The notes beneath the pieces are model-generated. The model was not told the origin of the DNA. It made no database searches and was given only the letters and a program-made list of their open reading frames with translations. From positions 1 through 41,689 of the forward strand of contig JAACJQ010000356.1 of the NCBI GenBank assembly GCA_016879935.1: DNA of 41,689 nt, given 5' to 3'. A program made the translations under genes and the position numbers. Every line of letters starts with the position of its first letter. Positions within the stretch are counted from its first letter, which is position 1. Positions 18,653 to 27,105 of this stretch are shown here, piece after piece. This DNA comes from Archangiaceae bacterium. Lineage in GTDB: Bacteria; Myxococcota; Myxococcia; Myxococcales; Myxococcaceae.

Positions 18653-19207
18653 TCAAAGCTCCTGCACCTTGCCGCTGCGGAACGTCTTCGGGTCGAGCGC
18701 CCCTTCGCTCGCCTGCAGAATGAGCCCGGCAGCGCCGCTCGTCTCGGTCTGAGACGCGCGTGACCACGAGACGACCGCGATGCTCCCCTCGGCAGCCTGG
18801 GTCAGCACCTTCACGTCGTCGACCGCGTGCTGCAGCGAGACCGGCGTCGGATACCGCAGCGTGAAGCGGCCCAGCAGCACCAGCCCGGAGCCTTCGCGGG
18901 TGACTGCGCCGCCCTCACGCAGCTCGAGCCCCGCGGGGATGGTGTCGACCAGCACTTCGACCCGCTGCGTGGCGTCGATTCGCTTCTGCGCGAACTCGCG
19001 CAGCGTGACTTCACGCCCGTTCTTCAGGGTGACACGCGCCTCGGGGTTCTTCGCCGTCTTCACCAGCAGCGCGCGGTCGCTCTTGAAGGTGCTCACGATC
19101 TCCGCGTCGCCTGCCGGGTTGGCGTGCCCGAACGAGGTGAAGAGCACCTGCGGTGTCGCGGCACAGCCACAGAGAGAGACGAGCAGGCAGAGAAGCTGGC
19201 TTCGCAT
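18653..19207 (-). CDS. Small lipoprotein/secreted protein (184 aa), signal MRSQLLCLLVSLCGC
   Basis: Signal peptide ending in a Cys-containing lipobox-like motif. Balanced composition. The track ORF (to 19363) is an upstream extension. Confidence 0.55.
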   Translation of the reverse strand: MRSQLLCLLVSLCGCAATPQVLFTSFGHANPAGDAEIVSTFKSDRALLVKTAKNPEARVTLKNGREVTLREFAQKRIDATQRVEVLVDTIPAGLELREGGAVTREGSGLVLLGRFTLRYPTPVSLQHAVDDVKVLTQAAEGSIAVVSWSRASQTETSGAAGLILQASEGALDPKTFRSGKVQEL

Positions 19208-19287
19208 CACGCCGTCATACTCCGGCGTGGCGTCGAGGGAGCCGGAAGGTCGATGGCGACCGAACGCCGCCACCGACCGCCCTGAGG

Positions 19288-22200
19288 TCAGCCGCGGCGT
19301 CTGCGGAGCAGCCCAACGAGCGCAACGACGGCGAAGAGGAGCTGGCCGTCGACCGACGAGCATCCAGCGCAGCCGCCGCCGTTGCTGGCGCCACCACCGC
19401 CAGCGCCACCAGCCGTCGCGGAGCCACCCGCCGTCGCAGAGCCACCAGCCGTCGCAGAGCCGCCCGCCGTCGCAGAGCCACCAGCCGTCGCAGAGCCACC
19501 AGCCGTCGCAGAGCCACCAGCCGTCGCAGAGCCACCAGCCGTCGCAGAGCCGCCAGCCGTCGCAGAGCCACCAGCCGTCGCAGAGCCGCCAGCCGTCGCA
19601 GAGCCGCCAGCCGTCGCAGAGCCGCCAGCCGTCGCGGAGCCGCCAGCCGTCGCGGAGCCGCCACCGACTCCGCTCGAACCGCCTGCCGACGCCGAGCCAC
19701 CACCAACTCCGCTCGAGCCACCTCCGGCACCGGTGCCGGCGTCACTGCCTGCGTACCCGGCGTCCATCAGCGGCGGCAGGAAGCCACCATCGATTCGCAC
19801 GCCCGCGTCGAAGTACGCCGACGCCGACGTCACCAACACCACGCTCTCGGTCTGCCCGAAATACGCGGGCTCGGTGATGATGAACGTCGTCTGGCCTGCG
19901 TTCAGCGTGACGCCGATGTCGAGGTACTGCATCGGCGTGCAGTTGAGACCACACGTGTTGCTGCGGGTGACGTAGCCATTCGTCTGCACGACGTAGTCGC
20001 CGGACACGGGCGCCGTGAACGACCACACCACGTCGGGGTTGCCGGTGTAGCCACAGGTCGAGCACCCGCCGTCAGTCGTGCAGGTCGAGCCGCCGTCGCC
20101 TCCTCGTGGCAGGTCGTCCATCGCGTCGATCAGCGGCGTGGAGTTCTGCACGCCGAGCTGGAGCGCCTGGGGCAGCGTGCACGAATCGTTCGACGGCGGA
20201 ATCACCTGGTTCACCGACAGCGTGAAGTCGGTGCCGAGCGAGTAGGGCGACTCCACGACGACGAATGAGGGGACTCCCGCCGTGCCCGACATGACGCTCG
20301 ACGTCGACAAACAGCCTCCGTCGCAGCCTGCGCGCGCCCACGAGGTCGTGACCCAGCCTGCATCGGCGATGGCAGTCGCGCGCCACGCCCCGCTTGCAGG
20401 AGGCGTGAGCTGGTAGACGACGTCTGGCCCGCTCCAGAGCCCGCACGAGAAGTCGTCTTGCGCGCCGAGGGTGGTGCCAGAGACGGGCACGCCGACCGAG
20501 ATGGGCAGCGGCGCCGTGCAGCGGTCGTTCGGCGGAGGCACGATGAAGCGCGCGAGCACCTGGCCAGACGTGTACTCGTCGCCGTCGACGATGAGGTACG
20601 CCGTTTGTCCCGCGACGAGGTCGAGCAACATCGGGCCCCACGTCGTCGGCTGGCAGCCCGCGCCACAGGTGCCCACGCTCACCGAGAGCATGCCGGGTGC
20701 AGTGATGAGGTAGCGGCCCGTCGCCGTCGCGGTCAGTGAGAAGACGACGTCGGGGTAGCCGGCCGCGCCACACGTGCCGAGCATCGGCCCCGCGTCGACC
20801 GCACCACCACCGTCACCCGAGAAGGCGCCACCGCCTCCCGCGCCCGGCCCACCCGCCGTCGAGCCACCACCACCGTAGCCACCGCCGTACGCCGAACCGC
20901 CACCGTACGCGCTGCCACCACCGAAGCCGCCGGTGTTCACCCCGCCGTCAGGGAAGATGTCGTCGAGCGCGCCCAGCATCGCGACCGGAGCTCCGACGCC
21001 CAGGGTCAGCGCCTGAGGCGCCGAGCAGTTGTCGTTGGCGGGTGCCATCACCTGGTTCACCACGAATTGAAACGGCGCTTCGTCCCAGTTGCTGACCGAC
21101 AGCTTCACCGTCTCGCCAGCGTTCGCGCGAATCACGAGTCGGCTCTGGCAGAGGCTGTACGTGCCGCCGTCAGCGGGGCAGCCCCGCGTCGCTCCGAAGA
21201 TGACGCCGCCATCACCCGTCGTCGAGTTGACCGAGTACACACCCGCGCTGTTGGCGGTGAAGGTGTAGAAGACCTCTCCCGAGCCGTACGAGCAGAGGAA
21301 GTCAGGCGCTGCGCCGGCCGTCACGCCGTTCACCGGCACCCCGAAGGTGACCGGGAGCGCGTTCACGCAGAGGTCGTTCGACGGCACGGTGATGGGGTCG
21401 ACGCGGAGCGTGCCTGACTGGGCCACGTCTTCGATGGTGACGATGACCGGTGCACCAGCCGCGAGGTCGAGGTCGACGCGCCCATACCGGTTCGACGCCA
21501 GACACGCGCCAGCACACGAGCCCTGGCTCACGCTCATGCTGAACGACGAGGCGAAGCGGTAGCGCCCCGTGGCGGTCGGCGTGAAGCGGTAGTGCACGTC
21601 ACCCAGCCCCGCGGTGCCGCAGAACACGACGCCACCATCGGTGCCGGCGGCCGGCAGGTCGTCGACGGAGTTGGTGGTGTCGACCGCGACCGGCGTTCCC
21701 ACCGTGAGCACCGTCGGCGTGCTGCACTGGTCGTTCACCGGCGGCGTCACCGGCTGCGCGACGACCTGAAACGACCCCTCGCTCCACGAGGCGACCGCGA
21801 GTGAAGCGCTGCCACCCGGCGGCAACCGGAACGTCGTGCCCGAGGACCACCACGAGTACTGGCACACGAACGAGGTCGAGTCGCAGGTCGGAGCACCGGG
21901 CGTCACGACGAAGCCGCCCGCGTCCGAGCTTCCGTTCGCCGACGCCGTCGCGCGGAAGGTGCCACCGTCGGTCGAGGTCACCCGATAGAAGACGTCGGGG
22001 CCCTGGCCGCACGCCGTGTTCACGAGCGCACCGACCGTCGTCCCCACCACGGGCACGCCGATGGGCAGCGTCGTCGCGCCCGGGCAGAGGTCGTTCGACG
22101 GCACCACGAGCTGCTGCACTGAGAACGTCTGAACGCCGCTGCCGTCGAGCACCAGGAAGCTCGTCACGCCCGCCGTGAGGTCGAGGGTCAGCGCGCCGTA

Positions 22201-23001
22201 GTTCGACTGGCAGTTCGTGCCGCAGGTGCCGATGGAGTGTGAAATCGACCCGCCGCTCAGCTCGAAGCGATAGCGGCCGGTGACCGACGGCGTGAACGAA
22301 TAGACGAGGTCGGCCGCTCCACTGGAGCCGCAGCCGGAGTAGCCGCCGTCGGTGCCGCCGTCGCCGCCACCGCTGCCGCCGAACGTGTCGTCGAAGGCGC
22401 TGGTGAAGTCGACCGTGCGGGTGCCGACGGTGATGGGCGCGGGTGCTGAACACGTCTCGTTCGTGGCGGGCGTGAAGCTGCGCACCTCGAACGTGAACGG
22501 CGTCGGGGTGATGGTGTCGACGACGAGGAAGTGGCTGGTGCCGGCGTTCGCGCGGAAGACCAAGGTGCTGTCGGGCCAGGTGTCACAGGTGGTCGAGACG
22601 AAGCCGCCGTCAGCGAGCCCGCCGGCGTCGATGCCCGAGCACCCCGTGCGCAGCCGGTACACGCTGGGCTGGTAGCCCGAGTACCCCGCGTCGGATGACA
22701 CGGGCCCGGCGTCGACGAAGACGGCCGCGCGATACGCACCCGTCGAAGGTGCCGTGAACGAGTAGACGACGTCGGGGCCCCAGGTGCCGTACCAGCAGTC
22801 GAAGTCGTTGCTGGCCTCGACGGTGGTGCCCGTCACCACGGTGTTCGCCGGCACGGCGATGACACCACTGCAGCGGTCGTTGGCTGGGGCCAGCGCGGCG
22901 CTCTGTCGCTGAACGGGCTCGGGCGTCGCGGCGGGCGGCTCCATCGCGCACGAGCCGGCGAGGAGGACGACACAACAAGACAGCGCATAGAGGCGGTTCA
23001 T
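19288..23001 (-). CDS. Giant secreted surface protein (1237 aa): signal peptide, about 8 tandem PPC-like (pre-peptidase C-terminal-type) beta-sandwich modules each beginning P-x-N-D-x-C, a (GGSATA)n low-complexity stalk and a C-terminal MYXO-CTERM sorting signal
   Basis: N-terminus MNRLYALSCCVVLLAGSCA. Repeated module starts: PANDRCSG, ATNETCSAP, PSNDLCPGA, PVNDQCSTP, PSNDLCVNA, PANDNCSAP, PPNDRCTAP, PSNDSCTLP. C-terminus GGGCAGCSSVDGQLLFAVVALVGLLRRRRG (Cys-rich + hydrophobic + Arg cluster = MYXO-CTERM). Confidence 0.8.
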   Translation of the reverse strand: MNRLYALSCCVVLLAGSCAMEPPAATPEPVQRQSAALAPANDRCSGVIAVPANTVVTGTTVEASNDFDCWYGTWGPDVVYSFTAPSTGAYRAAVFVDAGPVSSDAGYSGYQPSVYRLRTGCSGIDAGGLADGGFVSTTCDTWPDSTLVFRANAGTSHFLVVDTITPTPFTFEVRSFTPATNETCSAPAPITVGTRTVDFTSAFDDTFGGSGGGDGGTDGGYSGCGSSGAADLVYSFTPSVTGRYRFELSGGSISHSIGTCGTNCQSNYGALTLDLTAGVTSFLVLDGSGVQTFSVQQLVVPSNDLCPGATTLPIGVPVVGTTVGALVNTACGQGPDVFYRVTSTDGGTFRATASANGSSDAGGFVVTPGAPTCDSTSFVCQYSWWSSGTTFRLPPGGSASLAVASWSEGSFQVVAQPVTPPVNDQCSTPTVLTVGTPVAVDTTNSVDDLPAAGTDGGVVFCGTAGLGDVHYRFTPTATGRYRFASSFSMSVSQGSCAGACLASNRYGRVDLDLAAGAPVIVTIEDVAQSGTLRVDPITVPSNDLCVNALPVTFGVPVNGVTAGAAPDFLCSYGSGEVFYTFTANSAGVYSVNSTTGDGGVIFGATRGCPADGGTYSLCQSRLVIRANAGETVKLSVSNWDEAPFQFVVNQVMAPANDNCSAPQALTLGVGAPVAMLGALDDIFPDGGVNTGGFGGGSAYGGGSAYGGGYGGGGSTAGGPGAGGGGAFSGDGGGAVDAGPMLGTCGAAGYPDVVFSLTATATGRYLITAPGMLSVSVGTCGAGCQPTTWGPMLLDLVAGQTAYLIVDGDEYTSGQVLARFIVPPPNDRCTAPLPISVGVPVSGTTLGAQDDFSCGLWSGPDVVYQLTPPASGAWRATAIADAGWVTTSWARAGCDGGCLSTSSVMSGTAGVPSFVVVESPYSLGTDFTLSVNQVIPPSNDSCTLPQALQLGVQNSTPLIDAMDDLPRGGDGGSTCTTDGGCSTCGYTGNPDVVWSFTAPVSGDYVVQTNGYVTRSNTCGLNCTPMQYLDIGVTLNAGQTTFIITEPAYFGQTESVVLVTSASAYFDAGVRIDGGFLPPLMDAGYAGSDAGTGAGGGSSGVGGGSASAGGSSGVGGGSATAGGSATAGGSATAGGSATAGGSATAGGSATAGGSATAGGSATAGGSATAGGSATAGGSATAGGSATAGGSATAGGSATAGGAGGGGASNGGGCAGCSSVDGQLLFAVVALVGLLRRRRG
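19405..19660. repeat. 18-bp tandem repeat (gcc[a/g]ccagccgtcgc[a/g]gagcc), about 14 copies, in-frame within the giant protein gene; encodes GGSATA repeats
   Basis: Directly visible near-perfect periodicity across 19405-19660. Translated minus strand gives GGSATAGGSATAGG... Confidence 0.85.
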
Positions 23002-23150
23002 CGACTCTCCCGGTTTCGTTCAGTGCTTCGACGCCTGAGCCTGCGAGCGTGAGACATCGGCCTGCCTCAGCGGCTGAGTGGCCGAGTCTGCCCCGCTCCG
23101 TTGCCGGGTGTGACCCACACGCGTCAATCAGGAGCCCCGAATGATGGCGC

Positions 23151-24239
23151 TCAACCCGGCTTCAAGCGTTCGCTCACCGCCTCGGCGATGCAGCGCTCCT
23201 CGTTGGTGGGAATGCACAGCACCTTCGCGCGCGAGACCCGTGTCGAGATGAGCGTCGAGTTCCTTCCGTTCGCCGCGTCGTCGATGGCGAGCCCGAGCCA
23301 GGCCAGCTTGCGCACGATGCGCCCGCGAATCGCCGACGAGCGCTCTCCGATGCCGGCCGTGAAGACGAGCGCGTCGAGCCCGCCGGCCGCCGTCGCCAGC
23401 GACGCCACTTCCCGCGCGCAGCGGTGCACGAAGTACTCGACTGCCTCTTTCGCGGCGCTCGACTCGTCTGCCAGCAGCGTGCGCATGTCGTTCGAGAGCC
23501 CCGAGAGGCCCTTCAGGCCCGACTCCTTGTAGAGGAGCGTCTCGAGCTCCTTCAGCGGCATGTGCTTCTGGTCGAGCAGATGGAGCAGCACGCCGGGGTC
23601 GATGGCGCCCGTGCGCGTGCCCATCGGCAGCCCGTCGATGGTCGAGAAGCCCATGGTGCTGGCGACGCTCCGCCCACCGTTGAGTGCGCACATCGACGCG
23701 CCGCTCCCCAGGTGCGCGACGACGACCTTGCCCTTCGCGACGTCGGGCGCGACGACCGCCAGCTGCTTCGCGATGAACTGGTACGAGAGGCCGTGAAAGC
23801 CGAAGCGTCGAATGCCCTCGTCGAAGAAGCGGCGGGGCAGGGCGTACGCCTCCTCGACGAAGCTGCGGGTGCGGTGGAAGGCGGTGTCGAAGCACGCCAC
23901 CTGCGGCACGTTGGGGAAGGCGGCGCGCGCGGCCTTGATGCCCTGCACGTTGTGCGGCTGGTGCAGGGGCGCGAGCGGCACGAACGACTCCAGCGTCGCG
24001 AGCACGGCGTCGTCGATGCGCGCGGGCGCGGAGTAGGTGACGCCGCCGTGCACGACGCGGTGGCCGACGCCGACGACCTCGACCTCGGCGGTGCGCGTCA
24101 CCTCGAGGGCCTTCGCCATCGCGGCCTCGCCGGTCTCTTCCAGCGTGCCGCGTGAGAGCTCGGTGACGCCGTCGTCGCCGAAGAGCGCGTACTTCACCGT
24201 CGAGCTGCCGGCGTTGAGCGTGAGAATCGCGGGGCGCAT
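23151..24239 (-). CDS. ackA: Acetate kinase (362 aa from the ATG at 24239; AAGGAG RBS overlapping the pta stop)
   Basis: ASKHA-fold N-terminus ILTLNAGSSTVKYALF (acetate-kinase-like LNxGSSSxK). Conserved internal HLGSGASMCALNGGRSVASTMGFS and EERCIAEAV. The 387-aa track ORF has a 25-aa artefactual extension. Confidence 0.9.
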   Translation of the reverse strand: MRPAILTLNAGSSTVKYALFGDDGVTELSRGTLEETGEAAMAKALEVTRTAEVEVVGVGHRVVHGGVTYSAPARIDDAVLATLESFVPLAPLHQPHNVQGIKAARAAFPNVPQVACFDTAFHRTRSFVEEAYALPRRFFDEGIRRFGFHGLSYQFIAKQLAVVAPDVAKGKVVVAHLGSGASMCALNGGRSVASTMGFSTIDGLPMGTRTGAIDPGVLLHLLDQKHMPLKELETLLYKESGLKGLSGLSNDMRTLLADESSAAKEAVEYFVHRCAREVASLATAAGGLDALVFTAGIGERSSAIRGRIVRKLAWLGLAIDDAANGRNSTLISTRVSRAKVLCIPTNEERCIAEAVSERLKPG

Positions 24240-24249
24240 GGTGGCTCCT

Positions 24250-25647
24250 TCAGGTCGAGGGAACGGCCGACTTCCCCGTCTTGCGGAAGTGGGCTTCGAG
24301 CACGGCGACCGCACAGCTCGCCAGCCGCGTGGAGTCGTCGTCGGCCCGGCTCGTCAACATGATGGGCACCTGCGCGCCGACGACGAGCCCGGGGCCTTCG
24401 GCGTGCGCGACGAACGCGAGCTCTTTGGCGAGCATGTTGCCCGACTCGATGTTCGGCACCATGAGCACGTTCGCGCGGCCGGCCACGAGCGAGGTGATGC
24501 CCTTCGTGCGCGCGGCCTTGAGCGAGAGCGCGTTGTCCATCGCGAGCGGGCCGTCGACGATGCCGCCGGTGATTTGCCCGCGCTCGGCCATCTTCGAGAG
24601 AATCGCCGCGTCGAGCGTCGAGGGCATGGCGGGGTTCACCACCTCGACGGCCGAGAGCACGCCCACCTTGGGCTGCGCGTAGCCCAGCGCCTGCGCGAGG
24701 AAGATGGCGTTCTGCACGATGTCGACCTTCTCCTCGAGCGTAGGCGCGATGTTGATGGCGGCGTCGGTGACGAGCAGCAGCTCGCTCAGGCCCGGCACGT
24801 CCATCACGAAGACGTGGCTGATGCGGCGCACGCCGCGCAGGCCGCCCTCCTTCTTCACCACGGGCTTGAGCAGCTCGTCGGTGTGCAGCTTGCCCTTCAT
24901 GAGCGCCTGCACGCTGCCCTGGTTCGCGAGGGCCACGGCCTTCTCGGCCGCGGGAATCGCGCCGCTGGCTTCGATGATCTCGAGCCCGTCGAGTGACGCG
25001 TTGAGCCCCTTCGCGACCGCGCGAATCTTCTCGACGTTGCCGATGAGAATCGGGCGAATGAGCTCGTGCTTGAAGCCGAGCAGCGCGCCCGCGAGCGACG
25101 CGTCGTCTTCGGGGCAGACCACGGCGGTGGCGAGCGGCTCGAGCGGCTCACACGCCTTCATCAGGCGCTCGATGTGCTGGTGGCGCACGACGGTGAGCGA
25201 AGGCAGTTCGTCGTCGGGCACCTCGATGCGCTCGGTCGGCGCGAGCACCTCGGCTTCTCCTTCGGCGATGACACGGCCGTCGGCGGTCTTCACCTCGGTG
25301 TCGAAGGTGACGCGCGCGTCGCCGAGCTTTCGTTTCACCGTCACCGTCGCGGTCACCGTGTCACCGATGCGCGCGCGCTCGGGGAAGCGGAAGGTCTGCG
25401 CGATGTAGCGCGTGCCCGGCCCGGGGAGCAGGTTGCCGAGCACCGCCGAGACCTGTGCTCCGGCCCAGAGCGGCGGCGCGACCGCGTCACTCTTGCCGTC
25501 GCCGTTCGGGTCGAACGAGGGCAGCACCAGCGGGTTCAGGTTGCCGCTCGCGTGCGCGAAGACCCAGAGGTCGTTTGCGGTGACTTCGCGGCGAATCGAC
25601 GCCTTCGCGCCGACAACGAGTTCGTCGTACGTGGTGTTTCGAGCCAT
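24250..25647 (-). CDS. pta: Bifunctional MaoC-like (hotdog) dehydratase / phosphate acetyl(butyryl)transferase fusion (465 aa)
   Basis: N-terminal 140 aa is a MaoC/hotdog fold (NPLVLPSFD...GTRYIAQTFRFPERARIGDTV). The C-terminal 320 aa is a PTA_PTB domain (GKLHTDELLKPVV...SGNMLAKELAFVAHAEGPGLVVGAQVPIMLTSRADDDSTRL). Immediately upstream of ackA on the same strand. Confidence 0.85.
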   Translation of the reverse strand: MARNTTYDELVVGAKASIRREVTANDLWVFAHASGNLNPLVLPSFDPNGDGKSDAVAPPLWAGAQVSAVLGNLLPGPGTRYIAQTFRFPERARIGDTVTATVTVKRKLGDARVTFDTEVKTADGRVIAEGEAEVLAPTERIEVPDDELPSLTVVRHQHIERLMKACEPLEPLATAVVCPEDDASLAGALLGFKHELIRPILIGNVEKIRAVAKGLNASLDGLEIIEASGAIPAAEKAVALANQGSVQALMKGKLHTDELLKPVVKKEGGLRGVRRISHVFVMDVPGLSELLLVTDAAINIAPTLEEKVDIVQNAIFLAQALGYAQPKVGVLSAVEVVNPAMPSTLDAAILSKMAERGQITGGIVDGPLAMDNALSLKAARTKGITSLVAGRANVLMVPNIESGNMLAKELAFVAHAEGPGLVVGAQVPIMLTSRADDDSTRLASCAVAVLEAHFRKTGKSAVPST

Positions 25648-25715
25648 GCACGCAGGCTACGCGCAGCCGACCGCGTCGCTGAGTGACTTTGGTTGAAGCG
25701 AGAATCAGATCAGCT

Positions 25716-25901
25716 GATCAACCCAGCGAGCGAGGCGGTCGCGAGGCCGAAGCCGTGAAGCGCGTCACCTGTGCGGCCGAGTCGAGCGCGACGAGCGAGC
25801 GGATCAACCCAGCGAGCGAGGCGGTCGCGAGGCCGAAGTGGTGAAGCGCGTCACCTGTGCGGCCGAGTCGAGCGCGACGAGCGAGCGGAACAACCCAGCT
25901 C
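25716..25901. repeat. 86-bp tandem direct repeat, 2 full copies (25716-25801, 25802-25887; 2 mismatches) plus a 14-bp partial third copy that runs into the stop of the PEGA gene
   Basis: Direct reading: gatcaacccagcgagcgaggcggtcgcgaggccgaag[cc/tg]gtgaagcgcgtcacctgtgcggccgagtcgagcgcgacgagcgagcg, then again. It lies between the PEGA gene stop (25900) and the pta start (25647). Confidence 0.9.
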
Positions 25902-27036
25902 AGAACTCCAACGACCAGACGCTGCCGGCGCCGTTCGGCGTCACCCACGCCGACGCCTTCGGCCCGCGGTACGACTGATACTTGTTCGGGTCTTCCCCGA
26001 TGATGAAGAGCGCGGTCGCGGCGATGGCCGACGCGAGGCCGACACCGCCACCGACGTACGACACGGCGAGCTGGGTGTTGATGGTGTTTCGCAGCGCTTC
26101 GGCCTCGGAGCGAACCGACTCGTCGCCTGCGGCCAGCGTGTCGCGCAGCGAGATGAACGAGCGCTCCGTGCCCGGCCCGTAGTTGTACTGCGCCTGGCCC
26201 TGCATGATGGCGAAGGTGGCGATGCCGGCGACCGCGACGCCGGTGGCGATGAACGCTCCGATGCGCAGGCCCCACTGCTTCTTCTCGTAGCCCTCGATGA
26301 AGTCGGGGCTGGGCATGAGCCGCACCGCTTCTTCCGTCACCTGGTCAGGCGCGATGCGCACCTGCTTCTGCACCGAGGTGAAGCCCTCTTTCTCGATGCG
26401 CAGCACGTGGGGCCCGCCGGGCACCGAGAGGCGCTGCAGCATGGGCGTGGTGCCGAGCTGCGTGCCGTCGACCTTCACCGCCGAGCCGTCCTCCGACGCG
26501 ATGACGACGAGGAAGCCCTGACGCCCGTTCAGCAGCGGCGCGATGAGGGCCGCCACGTTCTCCTGCAGCTTCGAGACGAGGTCGGCTTCGCTGCTGCCCT
26601 TCACCTCGCGCGAGCTCACCCGCTTGCCCGACTTCACCTCGACGATGGCGAGGTCGAGCGTGAGGCCCGTGGTCGCCTTCTTCGCGTCGGTCAGGCGCGA
26701 GACCCGGCCGTTGAGCAGAAAGTCGACGCCGAGCTGGCCGGCGATGTTCGACGTGCACGAGTCGTCGTTGCAGCCCAGCAGCTGACGCTGACGGTCGAGC
26801 GAGAGCAGGGCGCGCACCTGATCAGACGTCGTCACCGTGAACATGCCCGTGCGGTCGATCTCGGTCGCAACCGAACCCGCCAGCATCGCCGCGATGGGCT
26901 CGTTGCCCGCCGTCGTCTGGAAGTCGGGCACGGCCATCTTCGGGTTGGTGTTGCCGTCGGCCACCCGCGCCTGGTCGGCGATGGTCTTGTCGGGCGTTTG
27001 CGTCAGCAACGTGGCGAGCGTGATGGCGAGCAACAT
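25900..27036 (-). CDS. PEGA-domain envelope protein (378 aa): N-terminal signal/anchor, periplasmic domain, PEGA domain, C-terminal TM segment
   Basis: PEGA motif VKVDGTQLGTTPMLQRLSVPGGPHVLRIEKEGF. C-terminal hydrophobic helix LRIGAFIATGVAVAGIATFAIM. GGGGGAG RBS 6 nt upstream of the ATG. Confidence 0.65.
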   Translation of the reverse strand: MLLAITLATLLTQTPDKTIADQARVADGNTNPKMAVPDFQTTAGNEPIAAMLAGSVATEIDRTGMFTVTTSDQVRALLSLDRQRQLLGCNDDSCTSNIAGQLGVDFLLNGRVSRLTDAKKATTGLTLDLAIVEVKSGKRVSSREVKGSSEADLVSKLQENVAALIAPLLNGRQGFLVVIASEDGSAVKVDGTQLGTTPMLQRLSVPGGPHVLRIEKEGFTSVQKQVRIAPDQVTEEAVRLMPSPDFIEGYEKKQWGLRIGAFIATGVAVAGIATFAIMQGQAQYNYGPGTERSFISLRDTLAAGDESVRSEAEALRNTINTQLAVSYVGGGVGLASAIAATALFIIGEDPNKYQSYRGPKASAWVTPNGAGSVWSLEF

Positions 27037-27105
27037 CGGTGGACTCCCCCGTGGAAAAGACGAGGCAGCCTAACCGAACCCGTCTGGGCTGCAGCAACGT
27101 TCGGC

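Noticed and set aside
19405-19660. Possible CRISPR or non-coding satellite (18-bp x14)
   Set aside because: The array is perfectly in frame inside a long ORF, encodes a sensible Gly/Ser/Ala/Thr linker, and has no spacers; it is a coding VNTR.
23131-23250. AGGAG-N5-ATG on the plus strand at 23131-23143 opening a 36-codon ORF antisense to the 3' end of ackA
   Set aside because: Very short, no conservation signal assessable, and it overlaps the well-supported ackA C-terminus. It is most likely a chance SD-like sequence.
25716-25901. Possible CRISPR array (the 86-bp repeats)
   Set aside because: Only 2.2 copies, arranged head to tail with no intervening unique spacers. There is no cas gene nearby and the unit is too long, so this is a tandem duplication, not CRISPR.
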